Origin: Vitrella brassicaformis CCMP3155
Lineage: Eukaryota > Protista > Chromerida
Direction: 5' to 3'
Length of the DNA: 64,000 bases
Assembly (NCBI GenBank): GCA_001179505.1
Contig: CDMY01000887.1
Span: 62,001 to 126,000 of the forward strand
The translations under genes were made by a program, and so were the position numbers. Shown one piece after another: positions 46,260-58,250 of the stretch (position 1 is the stretch's first letter; each line of letters opens with the position of its first letter). The notes under the pieces were generated by a model. The model saw nothing but the letters and a program-made list of their open reading frames with translations, made no database searches and was not told where the DNA came from.

Positions 46260-46693
46260 GCTTACAGCTGGTAGATGGTGGTGCTGGGTACGATAGCTAT
46301 CTATCTAAGTGGTCTAGGTATCCGACAAGAAAGGCCTGCGTGGCCAGATCCACCACCCTGACGGTCACACAGACAGATACAGAAGGAGAGGCGAGAGAAT
46401 GATGGCAGGCAGCGGTGGTGGTGGGCAGATCTGGTATTATCCCTTTCTCCCCTCCCCGATTGCTCGTCGCTCTCACCTGTGCGCGGAGGATGGATCAGGG
46501 GAAAAACGTAACTGAAAACCGAAATTTACATCACTCGTGAAACTCAACTGGAACTGGGGGCTGCATGCGGGGGCGTCTTTCTTCGGTTCCTTTCTCCTCT
46601 CCCCCTGCCCGACGCAGGTTTGCACAGCCATGCATGTTGTGACATCCCCCTAGCTGTGTGCATATGTGTGTCAGGTTCTCTCTGCTGGCCATC

Positions 46694-49635
46694 ATGTGGC
46701 CTCTAGCTCTGCTGGTCGTTGGCTGCACGCCCCTCGGCCTCGCCAAGTCGCTGCCCATGATCCCAACGGGAGGCGACGTGCCGATGTTGCCTATGCCTGT
46801 CAGTGAGTGCAGTCTGCCCCGCATCGAGTGCAGTGCCGCGGCGCTCGCTCAATTGGCTGCCGTGGTGGCGCCCATGTTCTCGCCCATGCTGCAGTGGCAG
46901 CGACAGCTCATCTCCTCCTCTCACAGTGGCGGTCACCATGGCCTGACAATGATCTGGGTAAACCTGTCAGTCCCTGAAGGCCGCCATCAGGCCGCTCTGG
47001 TCTTTCCCCTCTCCGGTGCAGATCGACCTGTGCCGAGATCTCATCACAGACCCATCGCTGGCGGGCGTCATGGTCTGTGTGCAGCTGCCAGTCCGGCACT
47101 ATCCAAGGCCGTTTCATTCTGCATTCGTCTCTGTGTGTGTATGTGTGGTGTGCAGCTCACGTTGTTGGGCAGCCTGGGTGGAGACGGGCTTGGCGTGAGC
47201 TGGCAGGCTTACACTTACCTGAGGATGATATGTGAGTTCACCCCTGTCATCATGCGAGGCATTTCCGCGGCAATCAACAAGAGCCTCAACAAGGTGAAGC
47301 CTGCCACGGAGTTCAAAACTCGGCATCCGGCGACGGCGAAGGCGCTAGATGAGGTCAAGTCGAAGGTCAAAGTTCTGGCGCTGGCCGTGTTGAAGACAGA
47401 CAGAATGGCGGACCCCCAGGTAAGCCGCGCCACGAATCCTTGTATCCATTCGGTTGCTTCCCTCTGCAGCATGAGCGAATCTGTCTGCGAGACTGGAATC
47501 GCAAAGGCGCCGAGGCGTGTCCTGAGAAATACCCTTACAAATGCTCGCTGGGCTACGAATGCGCAGTGTCCGGCTTCGCTTGTAGAGAGTACCAGCTGCT
47601 CAAGTTCCTCGAGAAGGCGCAGGAAAGGCATACATACACACATCTATCCACGAGAGACACACAATCTCTCTCTGCCTGTTGCCTCTCCTCTTTCCGACAC
47701 GGCAGGCGCACTGTACCTTGTCGGCTACCTGACTGCCTTCCCCCCGACAGCAGGGGCCGCCTTCGCTGTCAGCGCATTGCAGAGGGTCATCCGGAATCGC
47801 AATTTGTTTCTGAAGCGGACCCACATCCACACGACCGTGATCGAGCTGCTGACCAAGAGGTGGCACGATCTGTCCCTCGCGAAGGCCAGCCGGTACGCCA
47901 CAGTGGCATGGATCATCACCGTCCTGAAGAAGAGCCTCCCACTTGCTGGAAACCTGGCACTTGCACCGAGCATCACTCTCTCTAATCCCTGGGGAGCCGT
48001 AAGCACACCACACACAAGCACACACACAGGATCTTGTGTGTGCTTGTGCAGATGGCAATTCACAGGTAGGGGAAATACATCAACCCATAGCGCAACGCCA
48101 GGTAATCTCTTATGTGTGCGATACGTGAAGCGTGAGCCGTTGTGTCGTGTTGTGACAGGAATGAGGTCCCTCCTCGGCTGAGTCCTATCCGCCTCCGGGA
48201 GACGCCGCCGGTGACCACTCACATTCTCAGGCTGCTCGTTTGACTTTCACACCCCTGTCTGATTGTCTGTCTGTCTGTCTGTCTGTCTGTGAGTGCAGTC
48301 TGCCCCGCGTCTGTGTCTGATTCAGGTGGGCGAGCAAGTATGTGCCGTTCCTCTTGAGGAAGCTTCGAGCGGGGATTCCCAAGCTCGGGCGAAAGATCAA
48401 GAGGGCCTGCATGAAGCTGCGGGACAAAACAGTCCGGCTCTTCTTCCAGATCCTCGGTAAGGAAACGAAAGCCTCCGAGGGGATCAACATGCCAAGCGAC
48501 AAGGAGATGAAAAAGAAAGTCGATCTTGTTGGCGCAACTGAGGCGGAAAAGGAGACGTCAGATACATTTTTCAAGACGTAAGGTAGCAGGCATCTGCCAG
48601 TGTGGGTGGTGGACGATGGCTCAACAGAAAACATCGAGGTGTTTGCAGCCTGTTTGGCGGAAAGGAGTGCGTCTATACCACCGACGAGGACGAAGAGGAG
48701 GATGAGGAAGAGATCTGCCCTGAGGATCGTGAGCTGATTGAGCTCGTCGATGGACTCAAACACCACGACTCCATCCACGAGGCAATCGAGGCGGACCGAC
48801 TGTTTCTACAACAGCAATGGAAAAAGGGCATCATCAACTGGCAAACGTAAGGGAGTCTCCTTCTATCAAAAGCTGGCTCTGTGGCGGCTGTATGAGGTGT
48901 CTCGGCGTGCCTTTGATTGACGATGTCTCTCAGTCTCGGCGTGTTTTGGGATGAAAAGTACTATCAGACAGTGGCGCGAGAAGAAGAAGAGTTTATGGGC
49001 TACTTTCCCCAGCATGCTTCGGTCAGTCTCCTTAGAGAGGAGGCTTGAAAGACCGATCGGACCGCTTGCAGTTTTCTGGATCTGTCCAATTCTAGGTCAA
49101 GGAGGAGGGGCTCATCAAGGCCGAACATGATCAGCTCTGCCGTCAGCAAACTACACTTATATCAATCACAGACACTGACCTGTTGTCTCTCGGTGACAAG
49201 TTGATATATGTGTGTAGGCACGATTCAGGACATGGGTTTGGACCAGGTCGGAAAGAAGGCCGAGCAGATTGCGGAGACAATACTTGAGGTCTGTCTCTCT
49301 ATGAGGCGCAAGGCGCACGCGCATAAAGTAAAACTCACCTTTGACTGTATTATTGCTACTAGGAGGACGAAGTGCTGGAGACAATTGACGAGACACGTGG
49401 CGACCGGCGTTTCGAATTCGAGAGGCTCAAAACGCTGAAGAAGCTGGAGCAGCGAGAGGCACTGCTGAAGGACAAAGAGAGCCGGCTTGAGGAGCAGTTC
49501 AGGAATGATGATTTTACTGTCGACGTCATTGTCTACCCGAAGCACAGCAAAACAGAGAAGCTCAGGCGTGCTCCAAAAATAAGTAGAGTCGAAGGTCAGG
49601 CCCCGCTGGCCAGACTGTCTGAATTTGAGCTTTGA
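46694..49635 (+). CDS. Hypothetical signal-peptide protein with a small Cys-rich module, hydrophobic segments and a charged tail (multi-exon)
   Basis: MWPLALLVVGCTPLGLA leader, ICLRDW...EACPEKYPYKCSLGYECAVSGFAC, ALYLVGYLTAFPPTAGAAFAVSAL, and a last exon ...RVEGQAPLARLSEFEL*. The internal exon chain is only partly resolved. Confidence 0.6.
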
Positions 49636-49919
49636 ACAAAGCTGATTGATTGATTGACTGACACTCACACATCGAACGAGCCGTTTATGTATGAGGGACG
49701 GAAAGCCTCCACCTTTTGGCCCTTTTCATGTGCTTTGTGCCGATGGATGACCTCGTTGTTTGAGTACAGACGCGATCGTTTCTTTGTTCTCTCCCGCGCG
49801 TCAAGCACACTTGAATACAGCGCTCACAGAGACACCAGATATCCATTGTGTGTACCATGTTATCATGAGGCGACACACACACACACACACACGTCCATGT
49901 CCGCGAACGAGAAGAACAG

Positions 49920-50878
49920 TGGTGTGCTGTGAGGGTGAGTGTGTGCATCTGAATTGATGAGTGGATGGATGGATGGCTTTAAGGCCCGCACACCGCTGCC
50001 TGCCTGCCTGCCTGCCTGCCGGGCGGAATGTAATGTGCAGACAGACACCCCACGCCGACCAACACACACCAACACACGCATACACACAGACAGACGGAGA
50101 GTATGTGTGGCTAGTTAGCTTCTTGTGCAGCCGCATCTCTTCTCACACGCATCACGTGCGGGTGGCCGATGGTGTGAATTGAATGCACTTCTGAGGGAGA
50201 GAACCAGCAGTCTGTGAGCAGCGAATGAGTGAGTGAACGAATGAATCCATCCGTCGACTCGTCCAGCAAGTGTGTGTGTGTGGTTGGGGGAGGGATGGAG
50301 GGAGGGCAAGGGGAGGGATGGTTCTGCCCGTCTGTCTGCCTGCCTCCCTGCCTGCCTGCCTGCCTGCTATCGTAAGTGTAATGTCACTCACCCGGGCTCT
50401 CTGTCTGTCTGTCTCTCTCTCTCTCTCCTTAGTGAGTGAATGGATGGATGGATGGATGAATGGATGGATGCGAGTGGGTGTGAGTGCCCTTCTTTTGCCG
50501 TCGTCCGTCCGTGAAGCATGCAGGCCATCCTGGCTATGCCATCTGAGGCCTGAGTGAGTGAGCACAAGAGCACCCGACCACACACACATCGATAGAAGGA
50601 AGGGAAGATATCAAGGAAGCAAGAAAAGAGGAGTATCTGCCTATTGCCTGCCTGCCTGCCTGCCTGTAAGTACTTAGCGGACCGACGCACGGATGGGATG
50701 GCTGAGTAATTAAACTGACTGTCTGTCGTGTGCGCGTGTGTGTGCATCATGATGTGTGTGTGGGAGGACTGATAAGCTGACAGATGAATGACCTTCTGCA
50801 GGCAATCGATAAGTCGACAACCGTGCACTCACATGCACCAATTTCCCAATTTATCAAGAGAATCTCAGTTCTCGACGT
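49920..50878. repeat. Right arm of ~960-bp inverted repeat
   Basis: tggtgtgctgtgaggg...aatctcagttctcgacgt is the reverse complement of 43025-43983. Confidence 0.93.
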
Positions 50879-51047
50879 GAGTGAGAAGAACAGATGGATT
50901 GGCCATAGCACATATGGAGAGGTGTCGTTGACCATCGAAGGTTCATGCAGTCCATCCATCCATCCCCCCGAAACTCTCCCTCTCTCCCCCTACTCTACAT
51001 CCTTTCTGTGCACGCTATTTATCGTGTGTGTGCCGCTGGTTCGTTGG

Positions 51048-52371
51048 CTAATCGGAGGGGTCCCAGGCCGGTCCCACAGCCAGGTTGCTGCGGATCTCTG
51101 CAGTCCGGTCGGAACCTGCAAAAGCACAAGAACCACACACACACACACACACAGACACGAGCGTCTCCCTCCCTCCCTCCCTGCCTCTTCCTCTCACTCC
51201 CTTATCCCTTCACTGACCGGAGGCGATATCGCATAGCAAGGTGCCGCACGAGCAGTATCTGGCGTCGCCGATGCACCGTTCCGTCTGCAGATGCCGGCCC
51301 TTGTTGCTGCTGGTGGTGATGGTGTGTGGGTGTGGCTTGGACACTAACACCGCAGCAGAAGGGTCCGACAACACCGACACATCTGCACACATGGATCCAT
51401 CCATCCATCCAGTAGATATGGGGGTGGGTTGGTCAAACAGAGGGAGAAGGGAAACGGACATCCGTCGGCCGCAGCGCACCTTTATCGATTTTGAGGGTGT
51501 ATCCTCCGGCGAGGTGCAGCGTCATGGGGCCTTTTCCGCGCTTCTTCTGCTCCACACGCTCCACCCGGAACAACGTGTCCGTCTCCTCGTCAACCTGACA
51601 CACCACACCACACCACACCACACCACACCACACACCACGCACACATGCTGCCACCTGTCTGTCCGTGTCATGATGGATGTGCCTGTGTGCCTGTCTGCCT
51701 GCCAGCTCACCTCTACAGCCACGGTGGTGATGTGTTCGAACGCCCTCAGTGGCAGCCGCTTCGTGACGATGTCCGACAGCAGCACAGTCTGCCCGTAGGT
51801 CTGCGTGCCTGAACACATGTATAGGGGAGGGAGAATGGACCAGAAGTGTTGTGTGACAGTCCATACGGATGGGGCGGGCCCCGTTGGCTGTGAGCAGGAC
51901 GCCGGCAGGCGACACGTGGCTCTCCTTGCTCACTGACATGACCAACAGAGCCAGCCAACCAACCCACAACGGGTTCACCACACACAGAAAGGTCACAGTG
52001 GACGGATGGATGGATGGGTCAATGTGTTCCCCCTACCATAGATGCAGGCCATGACGAGCCCGAAGACGATGGCGAGGGTCACGACATACCCGGCCGACAG
52101 CCCCAACACCATCCTACGCAGCCGCCGCATGCCAGATCTCTCCTTGGCCACCTGCCGGGCGGCGGCGGCCACATCAGCCAACTCGAAACGCCCCTTGCCA
52201 TCCGTATCCCAACCCTGCCAAGCCACAGAACCCATCAATCAGATCGCGCTTGTGTGAGGCATCGCTGAGGACCTTGAGGACATTCACGATCTCCTCAGCG
52301 AGTTTGCCTGAACCCGCCAGCTCTCGGAAGGTCTCGGTGCGGCCCTTCGGAGGTAGCGGACCAGACGCCAT
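51048..52371 (-). CDS. Hypothetical protein with a degenerate EF-hand and one TM helix (multi-exon)
   Basis: MASGPLPPKG..., WDTDGKGRFELAD, TM VLGLSAGYVVTLAIVFGLVMACIY, then C-terminal RCIGDARYCSCGTLLCDIAS|GSDRT...WDPSD*. Confidence 0.65.
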
Positions 52372-52536
52372 TGAAAACCTCGCCGGCTGCGGCGCCTCAA
52401 TATTCTATCCCTCCAAACGAAGTTCGATGAAAACGAATGCCAGGGGCAGTCTTCGAGAACGAAAAGAACGCGCACGAGACCGCGGAAGTTAAGAATTTAC
52501 CTCACCGCGACGTTTCACGATGTACTAGCCGTCAGG

Positions 52537-55500
52537 ATGCAGAATTGCCCAAAGCTTGTGAGTTCAAACGCCGCAGCCGATTCCTCTGATAAGGTGAGGA
52601 AGCCGACCTGCATCCACTCAGGGCGCAGAATTCCAGCATCTGTCCTCCATCCCTCTCACGTGTGTTATGTGTCCTGCAGTCGGCGGCATGATGGAGCCGA
52701 CGTGACAGATCTGACCAGCAAGAAACGCAAGAACGGCCGAGCGCGGGGGTCCAATGGCATCTCCGTCAACTGCTGTCGAATCGGACAAGGTGAGAACAAA
52801 CATCAGAAGAGATCATCCGTCCGGTCCATCCACTCAGTCCTCCGTGCTGATTGGTGTATCCTGCTATCAGATAGCAACCGGCTGGTTGCAGCTGTTCAGT
52901 GGCATTCTAAGTCTGAACGATGCGGTTTCTGCGGTGCAGGCCCTCGAAACCAAGGTCAGGGCAGACAGACAGGCCTCGCACGCAGAGAGAGGGATGAGAT
53001 AGAGATGGACACACTGCACACGTCGATGGGGGTCTGCTTGGCGTCATTCGCGCTCATGAACGGTCGGTGCAGGCGAGGAATGTGTTTGCGTTGTTGGACC
53101 GCTGGACAGCGGGGATAGGCGCTCAGAAGGCATGCCCACACGTGCGCAAGGTGAGAGAAGATGACAGATCCCATCTCCCCAGCTTAGACACGCTGTCCTC
53201 ATGCACTCGCATACTTGTGTGTGCCCCTCCCCCTTGTGTCAGCGCGTGACGGTGCACTGCAAGTTGTGCGTAGATCTGCTAGCGAAGATGGGTATTAGTG
53301 ATGGCGGTCGAGTAGACTTGAACATACGGCTGAGCGTCAACGACATCCTTCTCGCGCATCGCCGCCTAGACACTATCGCAGAGACTCTCACACGCGAGGT
53401 CTGTTCTACTGAGGCCACAACACAACACAACACAACACAGCACAACACACCATGGAAACCGGTGAATCTCGTTCCCCTCTCTCTCCGTGTGGTTTGTTTC
53501 TGTCAGTCGTTGTCGCCGCATCCCCTGCTGGGACTGCCGGACGTGGTCACCTGCGGCCACATCATGCCCCTCCTCGACACCATCACACTCGTCGGATCCC
53601 TCAGCCGTACACACCCGGCCGTCAACACATCCCCCGCCATCATGGCGCCCGACCAGCTGCGCATCACCAGCAAGCGGCCCATCCACATGACCCACCAGCA
53701 GATGGAGGCCTGGCGACCGCGGCTCCGCCAGGCCAAGCGGGCCGTGCTGCGCTGCCCTCTAACTACGTCGATGGCGAGACTGGTGGAGGGTGCGCGAGCG
53801 AGTCTGATGAGCCTGGAGGCGCACACAGCGGAGAAGGAGATGGACAGGGCGGTGGAGAGGGAAGGTCCTGACCTGACGTTCTGCGATCGGCCGTTCATCT
53901 TCCCACTGCTCGAGAGTGTGGTGGTGACGGGCGCGTGGGGCGACGTCGCAGACATGCGGTCGTGGCGGCCGAGGTGCGCTGGAATGAGGCGAATACACAA
54001 GAAGAGATGACAACCGTGGTGTGTTGTGTTGCATTGTTCAGCAATCTCCGGTCGCTCGAGATGCACCCCGCCCCCCGTCTGCCTGGCGAGGCGGAGGTGC
54101 CCTCGCCCGTCTATTCTGGTGCCGAAGCCTGGATGCGGTGGTGTGGGTCGGCCAAGGCGGGCGTGCACACCGCGACACTCGGTGGGTGGGACCTGGCGAA
54201 TGCCGTCGCGAAGCTGGGACCCTACCTTGGGCACGTCAAGCGACTCGAGGGGATGGTCGTCGGCAGGCCGCGCTATGTCATCTACTACGACGTCATGCAG
54301 CCATCGACGGCCCTCGATGCGCTGCAAGCGACCATCAAGCCGCCGGGAGGGAAGCTCGATCTGGCCACTATTCGGGTGAGACCAGAAGCAGGAGGACAGG
54401 TTTGTGCTCATGCCCACGACACACATGCATCTGTGTTGCCTGGTTTCTGTCATACCTGTCTGCTGCAGGAGCTCCATGGCTTCCGTGAGAGCTGCCTGGC
54501 GCCCCGCGCCAAGGAGGACTACAGCCAGAGCGACTTCACCTTTCCAGTCAGCCTGCTGATCGCCATGACCGACGACGACCTGCGCACCTACAAGCCGACA
54601 CTGATCCTCCTGGCCCCCCTCGCCACACGAGTGAGCTTCCCAACCGGCCTGCAGCCAGGCCTGCAGGTGCCCATGGAGATATACCGGCTGCTGCCTTTGC
54701 TCACCTTCTCTCGCGCACACACACTGGCACTCGACGAGGCATCTGAGGCGCTCGAGCCTCTCCCGCAGGGCCTGCTGTCGTGGTTTGAGCGGCCTTTTCC
54801 CGCCGTCTGCACGCTGGACTTGGCTGAGGGGAGGGGGGAGAGGGGGGAGGCAGTGGTGCATCAAGCAGTCAGGAGCATCAAGCAGCTGCAGACCATCAGG
54901 TTCTGGCCTGATGGCTCGGCTGATGACGATAGTGATAGTGACGAGGCCAAGTTTGGCTACTCGCTGCCTCTGTGTCTGCGCAACTACTCTGGCAAGGGCC
55001 CCTTGTTCCACCTGCAGGGCCATTTCGCCGACAAAGAGAGGCCGTGGACACTCACTGTAGTCAGCACCGGGCAGACAGGCGAGCCAGCAGACCACATAGA
55101 GGAAAGGCCCATCAGCCAGCGGGTACAGCGCATCACGGCACAGGTCACCACAGTGCAGGCCAGGGCTTCTGATGTCTTCTGCTCCACCTATTCACCGCAC
55201 GAGCCAGGTTTTGTCGCGGCCCTGGCCGCTGCGTGTCTGTCTGCCGTCACACAGCTGCCCAGTGTCGATGTGATAGTGTTGGAGTGCACTGAGGGGCCTG
55301 TAGACGAGGAGGACTATGAGTGGCACCGGTGGGATGACGGCATTGAGTGGGATGAGGTGTCGCTGGCGTCATGGAGCGAGGCAGAGAGGCAGGTCAGAAT
55401 AGATGACGTGTGGGCGGAGGAGCCGCCGGCCGACCCACCCACACTGCTCGACGCAGTGGAGCTGGCGCGGGTCATTGTGAGGGACTCTGTGCCGGAGCGC

Positions 55501-55662
55501 ACGGTGCTCTTCCGCTCTGACATGGCCGCTCGTGGGTTTGAGTGTGTGGCGCTGCCTCAGCTAGCCGTAGATTGCCGCATAGAGATCCGCCGGCGAGGCC
55601 TCTCAATGCCTGCGGCCGGCCAGAAGAGAATCACTGACTACTTCACGCCTCTCACTCACTGA
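52537..55662 (+). CDS. Hypothetical F-box-like/LRR-like protein with C-terminal PCNA-interaction (PIP) motif (multi-exon)
   Basis: Long exons 53201-54010 and 53935-55662 are joined by a GT-AG intron (WRPS|NLRSLE). F-box-like LLGLPDVVTCGHIMPLL, basic SKKRKNGR, and terminal QKRITDYF are present. Confidence 0.72.
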
Positions 55663-57110
55663 TGCGTGTGTGTGTGTGTGTATGTGTTTTGTGCATAGTT
55701 GCGTCTGCGGATGTCTCCCTTTGGCTGTGCGTGTCTAGTGTCTCGTTGCATGCTGCATGGCGACATCTACCGAGAGCAGCATGGACCTCTGTGTGTGTGT
55801 GTCTCACTGAAAGTCACTTGAACGTGCCGCTGATTCGTTCATCTCATCATTATGCCGGCCATCAGTCTTGCTGCTTGATGCATGCACCAGGCTCAAACAC
55901 TTCCTAGCTCTCGGCAGCTCTACAGGTCTCTGTCTGTCCTCCGCCCGCCCGTGCTTATCGGTTGGTCGGTCCCTCGATCAGACAGACAAGCGTTAAGGCT
56001 GATGCTCACTCCACTCACTCCAGTCCCTCGCGCACACACACGCACACACACACACACGTGGTTGGCCTGAACTCCTCTGCAGCACACTGCTCTGCTATCG
56101 TGTGGGGGTGAAACAGGGCTTGGTGACCTCTGTCTTTCCCCCCCTCACGAAGTGCTCCCACACGCTCCCATCCACGGCATGAAACAAAATCCATTCATTC
56201 TCATCAGTCCGTGTAGGTAGAGCATATGGATGATGGGTATGGGTCGGTAGGGATGTGTCAATCAGTCAAGGCAGGCAAGGGCAAAATAGGAAAGCGTGCA
56301 GGCAGTGCCGGCACATCCATGCTGCGTAGGGTGCGAGGCTACCAGCTCTGGAAACCATCACACCACACACCACACGGACACACGGGAGCCGCCATTCACT
56401 CTTTCCTTCAAAAAGATCGGGTGAAGCAGACAGACAGACAGACCGACACGCAGGGCAGCAGTGGGGTCGGTCCGCCATGGCGTAACCAGGGGGACCTCCC
56501 CTCCCCCGCAGGCACTAACCACCCATGCCGTCAGTAGTATGAATGACCATCGCTACGAAAGGAACCGCATTCTTCGTCCGTGCCGCACCTGGCGCCAGAG
56601 CGTTCTTGTGTCCTGTCGGCCCGACCACGTATCACCCCCACCAGCGGACGAAAGCTGATGAGGGCGGTCGGCCATCAGGTCGACAGGAGACAAGACCACT
56701 GTGAGCAACACGCGGCATACCGACCACCCAACAGGATGACTTCCACACATCTCATCTCATCACAGCACAACACCCAGCGCACACACAAGACGGCCGAAAC
56801 AGAGAGAGAGAGAGAGAGAGAGACAGCCAGCCAGCAAGCCAGGAAGAAGCATCCAATCACACGCGCACACCGACCGACAGACAGACATCCCTCACCGACG
56901 CACACGGATGGGTGGCAAAAACGTCCGCGTGGCCGGTGAGAGTGCCCGCGCATCCGTCCCATGCAGCTGGTCGCGGTCGAGCCGTCCGCAGCGCTCTTTA
57001 TCTACCCCGCCCGCCCGCTCAAACACTCACACGCACCCATCCCTCCACGCAGGCTATGGTGTGTGGTGTGTGGTGTGGTGTGTGTAGTGGTTGTGTGTTG
57101 TGTTGGTTGT

Positions 57111-58042
57111 TCATGCGAGTCCGCCGTTCTGGCACTGCTTGAGGGCGTCGAAGTAGTACTGGCACTGGCTGATGTCACCCGAACGCTGCAGGCACTGCAA
57201 CACACACACACACACATCGGTACAGAGGCATCATGGTGCAGTCCCCGTCTCGCCTCCCCCTCGCCCCTCTCTCCCTCCCCTCTCTGTGTCAGTGTGTCTT
57301 ACGTCGTTGAGCTGCTGCTGCTGGTTGAGGCAAACGTTCTGCTGCTGCTGCTGCTGCTGGGGCGCCATCTGCTGCTGCGGGGCCATCTGCTCGCCGCCCT
57401 CGTGCTTGTGCACCACCTCCGTCTGGCGGGGACCCATCACGGCGTCAACCGCACGGTTCGCCACCGAGAAACCAACACCGCTGGCCATGCCTGAGTGGAA
57501 GGACAGTGGACACAGGGAGAGAGACAAGTTGACCAAGGCGTCTGAGGTTGTGAGTGTGTGTGGGTGTTGCTCACCTCCGACGATGGACGAGCCGATGTTG
57601 CCGAGCATACCGCCGCCCATGCCGCCGCCCATAGCGGGGGGAGCAGCCTGCTGCTGGGGAGCTGGCATCTGCTGCTGCATCGGACCTGCAGAATCAAAGC
57701 ACACGACGAGAGGAGGGACACACGACGATGACGTCACGTCACACACGCGAGGTCGGTCTTCATGTCAGAGGTGTGGTTTCCTACGCTGAGGCGTGGGCGA
57801 CGAGTGCTTGGGAGGGGCTGACGGGCGACCTCCACCGACTGCAGCACACACAACACCACACACAACACAACCACATGCCGTCATGACATCGTGCAGACGT
57901 CTCAGCACCCCCCAGTGATCTGATCAGACTGTGTGTGCGCTCCCCTCTCCCCCAGGTCGTGTGTGTGTGCCTTACAGAATCCGCCACCCCCGCCGCCCGA
58001 GCGGCTTGGACCAGAGGTACGAGCACCGCTACGACGAGGCAT
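57111..58042 (-). CDS. CHCHD2: CHCHD2/CHCHD10 (Mix17)-like mitochondrial twin CX9C protein (multi-exon)
   Basis: MPRRSGARTSG presequence-like start, central GGGMLGNIGSSIV|GMASGVGFSVANRAVDAVMG, then CLNQQQQLND|C and CQYYFDALKQC (two CX9C). Confidence 0.93.
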
Positions 58043-58250
58043 CTTCAGCAACAGGAACGTCAAGAAGCGATACACAGGGCACGGAGGAGCTGCCGAAAGC
58101 CGCACGAACGTGCTGAGACACCGAAGTGCTTTGCGAGCTTACAATTCCGTTTTTGTATACCCTAAAGACACTTTGCCTGCGCTGCGGACTCTGTTTCCGC
58201 TTCTAGGCCTCAAAGGACAAAGGAGGCCAATGGCCATGTGAACATTCGAA

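Noticed and set aside
43025-50878. Autonomous DNA transposon or Polinton/Maverick interpretation of the inverted repeats
   Set aside because: No transposase, integrase, polymerase or capsid motif lies inside, the enclosed genes are intron-rich host-like genes, and no target-site duplication is visible. Kept only as an unexplained inverted repeat.
54008-54010. In-frame TGA as readthrough, selenocysteine or a pseudogene lesion
   Set aside because: It falls inside a plausible GT-AG intron (~53973-54040) whose removal joins the two long frames.
53503-55095. 530-aa minus-strand ORF
   Set aside because: It is the antisense shadow of the GC-rich plus-strand exon 53935-55662, with no motifs or splice logic of its own.
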